Of a DNA stretch of 64,000 bases, positions 59,751-64,000 are shown piece after piece. Below the pieces are notes generated by a model. The model saw nothing but the letters and a program-made list of their open reading frames with translations, did not search any database and was not told where the DNA came from. This stretch comes from an uncultured Candidatus Entotheonella sp. GTDB taxonomy: Bacteria; Tectomicrobia; Entotheonellia; Entotheonellales; Entotheonellaceae. Position 1 is the first letter of the stretch; each line of letters starts with the position of its first letter. The stretch lies in the NCBI GenBank assembly GCA_965217185.1, contig OZ244252.1, positions 768,001 through 832,000 of the forward strand. Reading direction: 5' to 3'. The position numbers and the translations under genes were made by a program.

Positions 59751-61721
59751 ATGACTGACAAACCGGGGCAAGTTGAGGCCATAGAGCAGGGAGCACCAGA
59801 GGCGGCGGAGCAGGGCGCTCAAGAGCCGGCGCCTGTGCCAGAAGCCAGTGAATCTGCCGTTGTTGAGAAGGACGTCAGCAGCAACAGTGAATCTGCCGTT
59901 GTTGAGAAGGACGTCAGCAGCAACAGTGAATCTGCCGTTGTTGAGGAGGACATCAGCAGCAACGAGGAACTGGAAAAGCTCTATGAAGAAAGTCTCAAGC
60001 ACATCCAGGAAGGCGAGATTGTCCGTGGGCGTGTGGTGCACATCGGACGGGACACCGTGCTGATAGATGTCGGCTACAAGTCCGAAGGGACGATTGATCT
60101 GGACGAATTCCCCGACCATGGAAGGCAGCTTCAGGTTGGCGAGGAAGTGGATGTTCTTCTTGAAGAGAAGGAAGACAGCGAAGGCCAGGTCGTCCTCTCC
60201 AAGGAAAAGGCGAACCGCATCAAAGTCTGGGACGAGATCAGCCAGCGCTATGACCGGGACGAGGTCGTCGAGGGCGTGGTTCTCGCGCGCATCAAGGGCG
60301 GCCTGACGGTTGACATTGGCCTGAAGGCGTTTCTTCCCGGATCGCAGATCGACCTGCGGCCCGTTCGCAATCTCGACAAGCTCATTGGTGAAAAGCTGCA
60401 TATGCGCATCATCAAGCTGAACAAACGCCGCGGCAACATCGTCTTGTCGCGCCGCGTCTTGCTTGAAGAGGAGCGGCAGCAAGCCAAGGAGAAAACGTTG
60501 GCCTCGTTGGCCGAGGGTCAGACCGTTGAAGGCGTGGTCAAGAACATCACCGAGTACGGCGCCTTTATCGATCTCGGCGGCATTGACGGATTGCTCCACA
60601 TCACCGACATGTCTTGGGGCCGCGTCAGTCATCCCTCCGAACTCTTTGCCATTGGCGACAGCGTTACTGTCATGGTCCTTAAATTCGACCAGGAACACGA
60701 GCGGGTATCGCTTGGCCTCAAACAGACGACACCTGATCCTTGGACAAATGTTGCCGAGAAATATCCCGAGGAGTCCAGGGTGGCCGGCAAGGTCGTCAGC
60801 ATTACCGATTACGGTGCTTTCATTGAGTTGGAAGAGGGGATAGAAGGACTCGTGCACGTCTCGCAGATGTCGTGGGCACGACGCACCCGGCACCCCTCAA
60901 AGATCGTCAACATCGGCGATACCATTGAAGCCGTCGTTCTGAGCGTTGACAAGGAAAGAAAACGCATCTCCCTGGGTATGAAGCAGATCGAGCCGAATCC
61001 GTGGACGACGGTTGACGAGCGTTACCCCGTGGGCAGCGAGATTGAAGGCAAGGTGCGGAACCTGACGGATTTCGGGGCGTTCATCGCATTGGAAGAGGGA
61101 ATCGACGGTCTGATTCACATCTCCGACATGTCATGGACGCAGCGGGTCAAGCACCCGTCTGAAATCCTCAAGAAGGGTCAGCGCGTTTGTGCCGTGGTGC
61201 TTAATGTTGACAAAGATAATGAGCGTTTGTCGCTCGGTCTTAAGCAGATGGAACCCGACCCCTGGACGCTTGTTGAAACGAAGTATCAGGTCGGACAGGA
61301 AGTGCGGGTGAATATCGTCAAGATAACCAACTTCGGGGCGTTCGCGGAACTCGAAGACGGTGTGGAGGGCCTTATTCATCTTTCCGAGCTCGGCCAAGGT
61401 AAAGTCACCGATCCCGAGGAAGTCGTCTCGGTGGGTCAGGAACTCGACACCAAGATCATCAAAATCGAAGCGGCGACGCGCAAAATTGGTCTCAGCATTC
61501 GTGCCATGACGGAGGAAGTCGAGCGTCAAGAAGAGCCGAGCGACGACAATCTACCCGCCAGAGGCTCGGCAACGGCCGCCAGAGGCTCGGCAACGGCCGC
61601 CAGAGGCTCGGCAACGGATAATGCCATGTCGGAGTCAATATCGGAGTCAATGTCGGGTCTGCAATCGGCCTTGGCGGATGCCATCAGAGAACAAGAGCAG
61701 AAGCAGGAACAGGAAGAATAA
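59751..61721 (+). CDS. rpsA: 30S ribosomal protein S1 with repeat-expanded termini
   Basis: six S1 domains (DVGYKSEG, AFLPGSQ, GLLHITD and others); AGGAGG before ATG 59751. Confidence 0.97.
   Translation: MTDKPGQVEAIEQGAPEAAEQGAQEPAPVPEASESAVVEKDVSSNSESAVVEKDVSSNSESAVVEEDISSNEELEKLYEESLKHIQEGEIVRGRVVHIGRDTVLIDVGYKSEGTIDLDEFPDHGRQLQVGEEVDVLLEEKEDSEGQVVLSKEKANRIKVWDEISQRYDRDEVVEGVVLARIKGGLTVDIGLKAFLPGSQIDLRPVRNLDKLIGEKLHMRIIKLNKRRGNIVLSRRVLLEEERQQAKEKTLASLAEGQTVEGVVKNITEYGAFIDLGGIDGLLHITDMSWGRVSHPSELFAIGDSVTVMVLKFDQEHERVSLGLKQTTPDPWTNVAEKYPEESRVAGKVVSITDYGAFIELEEGIEGLVHVSQMSWARRTRHPSKIVNIGDTIEAVVLSVDKERKRISLGMKQIEPNPWTTVDERYPVGSEIEGKVRNLTDFGAFIALEEGIDGLIHISDMSWTQRVKHPSEILKKGQRVCAVVLNVDKDNERLSLGLKQMEPDPWTLVETKYQVGQEVRVNIVKITNFGAFAELEDGVEGLIHLSELGQGKVTDPEEVVSVGQELDTKIIKIEAATRKIGLSIRAMTEEVERQEEPSDDNLPARGSATAARGSATAARGSATDNAMSESISESMSGLQSALADAIREQEQKQEQEE
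59846..59962 (+). repeat. 39-bp tandem repeat x3, in frame within rpsA
   Basis: CAGTGAATCTGCCGTTGTTGAGAAGGACGTCAGCAGCAA; copies 1 and 2 identical, copy 3 has 2 changes. Confidence 0.95.
61555..61617 (+). repeat. 21-bp perfect tandem repeat x3, in frame within rpsA
   Basis: CCGCCAGAGGCTCGGCAACGG x3. Confidence 0.95.
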
Positions 61722-61946
61722 GAACGGAATCTTTCTGGCCGCAGTGAAGACCTCGTACCACACAATCCCAAACCCGACCCGGACAAGGCCGACAAAGGAA
61801 AAACACGGTCAGACCTAACGCCTTGCGCTGGGTCAAAAGGGGCTTCTTTTGTCCCCGTAGTGAGGCGTGGTGATGGTAAGGCGTAGACGGACGCAGTGAT
61901 CAAAGTCCCTCCGATTTGAGCATTTTCCTTAGGTGAGGCTGGATAC

Positions 61947-62222
61947 ATGACAAAAGCAGAACTTGCTGGGAGAGTTGCCGACAAAATCCACCTCACCAAG
62001 AAGCAGACCGAAGCCATCGTCAACATTTTGTTCACGTGTATTACCGATGCCTTGAAAGAGGGTGACAAGGTCGAGTTGCGAGGCTTTGGCAGTTTCCGAA
62101 CCCGAAGCCGCAATGCACGCGAAGGGCGCAATCCCAAAACTGGCGATACGGTCCAAATCCCCTCCAAGAAGGTACCCTTCTTTAAGGCCGGGAAGGAACT
62201 TCGGGAAGTCGTAGATCGTTAG
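61947..62222 (+). CDS. ihfB: IHF beta / HU family DNA-binding protein
   Basis: MTKAEL, ELRGFGSF, GRNPKTG, FKAGKEL; located after rpsA. Confidence 0.85.
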   Translation: MTKAELAGRVADKIHLTKKQTEAIVNILFTCITDALKEGDKVELRGFGSFRTRSRNAREGRNPKTGDTVQIPSKKVPFFKAGKELREVVDR

Positions 62223-62341
62223 TTTTATGTGCCTCCTGCCATTTTTCGCACCGCTGTTTCAAAATCCGTTGCCCGATTTGTACAGACTGAGGGCCGCGTG
62301 CGTTGGGTGAGCGGATGCTTTTCTGCAGGAATGGTCTCCAG

Positions 62342-63298
62342 ATGGTCGACCCGTTGGTCGTCATAGTCGGTCCCACTGCGGTAGGAAAGACCGCTCTTTC
62401 TTTACACCTCGCCCAGACAATCCATGCCGAGATCGTCAATGTCGATTCGCGACAGATGTACCGCCACATGGACATCGGCACCGCGAAACCCACCCCCTCC
62501 GAACAAGCTGAAGTGCCTCACCATTTACTCGATGTGCTCCTGCCGGACCAACCGGGCACCGCTGCTCAGTGCGCCTACCTTGCACGTCAAGCCCTTGAAG
62601 ACATCAGGCGACGCGGCCGGCGGGCAGTGATTGTCGCGGGCGGCGGGCTGTACCTGCAGGCGCTGCTTTACGGCCTCATGCCGGTTCCACCGGCGCATGC
62701 GCCCTTGCGGGCTGAGTTATGTGCCTATGCCGACCGTCATGGGAATACCGCGTTGCACGCCTTGTTGCAGCGGGCTGACCCAACCGCTGCGGCAGCCTGC
62801 CATGTGCATGACCGTGTGCGTGTTGTGCGGGCCCTGGAAGTGACGTATCTGACCGGTGTGCCATTTTCCGAGCACTGTTCCCGCCACCAGGCGCGCGAGC
62901 CGTTGTATCCGTATGTGGGAATTGCCTTGACGCGCGATCGAACTGAACTCTATGCCCGGATCGGGGAACGTACGGATGCCATGCTTGCGGCGGGTTGGCT
63001 GGCGGAAGTCGAGGGGCTGGTGGCGTGCGGTTACACGGAGACCTCCGCAGCGATGAATAGTCTTGGTTATCGGGAATTACTGGGCTACTTGGCGGGTCGA
63101 ACCGGATGGCAGGAAACCGTCGATGGCATCAAACAGGCGACGCGGCGTTTTGCCAAACGGCAGTTGACGTGGTTTTCCAAATTGCCGGACTTGTCCTGGT
63201 ACAATCTCACCCGCGTGAACGAAAACACTGTGGTGGCGGAGGTCGTCAACGCGCTACGCATTGGGATGGACTCACAGACAAAGGCGTGCAGCTTGTGA
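62342..63298 (+). CDS. miaA: tRNA dimethylallyltransferase
   Basis: GPTAVGKT, DSRQMY, DIGTAKP, AKRQLTW. Confidence 0.96.
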   Translation: MVDPLVVIVGPTAVGKTALSLHLAQTIHAEIVNVDSRQMYRHMDIGTAKPTPSEQAEVPHHLLDVLLPDQPGTAAQCAYLARQALEDIRRRGRRAVIVAGGGLYLQALLYGLMPVPPAHAPLRAELCAYADRHGNTALHALLQRADPTAAAACHVHDRVRVVRALEVTYLTGVPFSEHCSRHQAREPLYPYVGIALTRDRTELYARIGERTDAMLAAGWLAEVEGLVACGYTETSAAMNSLGYRELLGYLAGRTGWQETVDGIKQATRRFAKRQLTWFSKLPDLSWYNLTRVNENTVVAEVVNALRIGMDSQTKACSL

Positions 63299-63348
63299 TG
63301 CCTGTGGGTTCTTGGGGGCACTCGTAGCACCGAAACCTGGAGAATGAT

Positions 63349-64000
63349 GTGTACCCGGAAGTGTTTCGCATAGGGCCGTTCGTGGTGCGGTATTACGGCC
63401 TGATGTACGTGGTTGCGCTGTTGGTGGGCATCGTCTTGCTGCGTTTGGAGGCCAAGCGGCGTGGCCTGCCACCGGAGCGCATTGTGGATGCGGCCTTTTA
63501 TGCCTTTGTGGCGGGGTTCCTGGGCGGGCGTCTGTATTACGTGATTTTCAAGTGGGGCCATTATAGTGCCAACCCGTTAAAGATATTCGCCATTTGGGAA
63601 GGCGGCATGGCGATCCACGGCGGCATTATTGGCGGCATGATCGGCTTGTGGCTCTACGCGTGTTCTAGCGGAATCTCTGTGCGAACGCTATGGGACATGG
63701 CCGTTCCGGCGGGGATTCTAGGGCACGCCCTGGGCCGCTTCGGTAATTTCATGAACGGCGACGCGCATGGCTACCCGTTGCGTTCACTGCACCTGCCGAG
63801 CTGGCTGCAGCATTTCCCGGAATGGATGGGCGTGACGTTTCCGCCTTCAAGCATTGCCGGACGGGAGTTTGGCCAAGTGCCACTGCATCCGGTCATGCTA
63901 TACGAGTTGGCTTTGAATCTGGTCGGCTTTGTGTTGCTGTGGAGTCTGCGCAAATCGCGCCTTCCCGAGGGCGGGTTGGGGGGGGTGTATCTTATTTACT
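63349..64000 (+). CDS. lgt: prolipoprotein diacylglyceryl transferase (3'-truncated by the window)
   Basis: my translation: VYPEVFRIGPF..YYGLMY, GGRLYYV, WEGGMAIHGG, GRFGNFMNG, HPVMLYE; absent from the ORF track because there is no stop. Confidence 0.92.
   Translation, partial: MYPEVFRIGPFVVRYYGLMYVVALLVGIVLLRLEAKRRGLPPERIVDAAFYAFVAGFLGGRLYYVIFKWGHYSANPLKIFAIWEGGMAIHGGIIGGMIGLWLYACSSGISVRTLWDMAVPAGILGHALGRFGNFMNGDAHGYPLRSLHLPSWLQHFPEWMGVTFPPSSIAGREFGQVPLHPVMLYELALNLVGFVLLWSLRKSRLPEGGLGGVYLIY

Noticed and set aside
59846..59962. 39-bp repeats as a possible CRISPR array
   Set aside because: Contiguous, spacer-less and in frame within rpsA; no cas genes in the window

Overview
GC-rich bacterial chromosomal window. 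Most of it is conserved housekeeping: def-fmt-rsmB-rpe; ffh-rpsP-rimM-trmD-SPOUT-rplS-rnhB-yraN; rplM-rpsI-rpsB-tsf-pyrH-frr-cdsA-dxr; cysS-purN-pyrG-purL; tRNA-Ala/Val; birA, lptF, mltG, ruvX, tolC-family, ribF, cmk-rpsA-IHF/HU-miaA-lgt. Gene order and content (LLM oxidoreductases, GMC, ankyrin protein) suggest a deltaproteobacteria-like or Tectomicrobia-like organism, possibly host-associated; this is inference only. There are three accessory areas. (1) A SNF2 helicase at the left edge. (2) 19.5-26.2 kb: a decayed duplicate of a sulfurtransferase 5' end, a GMC oxidoreductase, an ankyrin protein and several enzymes. (3) 34-51.7 kb, between purL and the tRNA 3' ends. This block holds the best candidate for an undescribed system, a coupled four-gene cassette (ParB/Srx-like protein, unannotated restriction-endonuclease-fold protein, Dam-like MTase, NotI-family Cys4 endonuclease). 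It also holds a fused REase-MTase plus S-subunit RM system, bracketed by yefM-yoeB and by a HEPN/MNT-like pair whose HEPN gene is doubly frameshifted and absent from the ORF track. No CRISPR array, integrase or transposase was seen. All family calls come from motif recognition by eye; no database searches were run.
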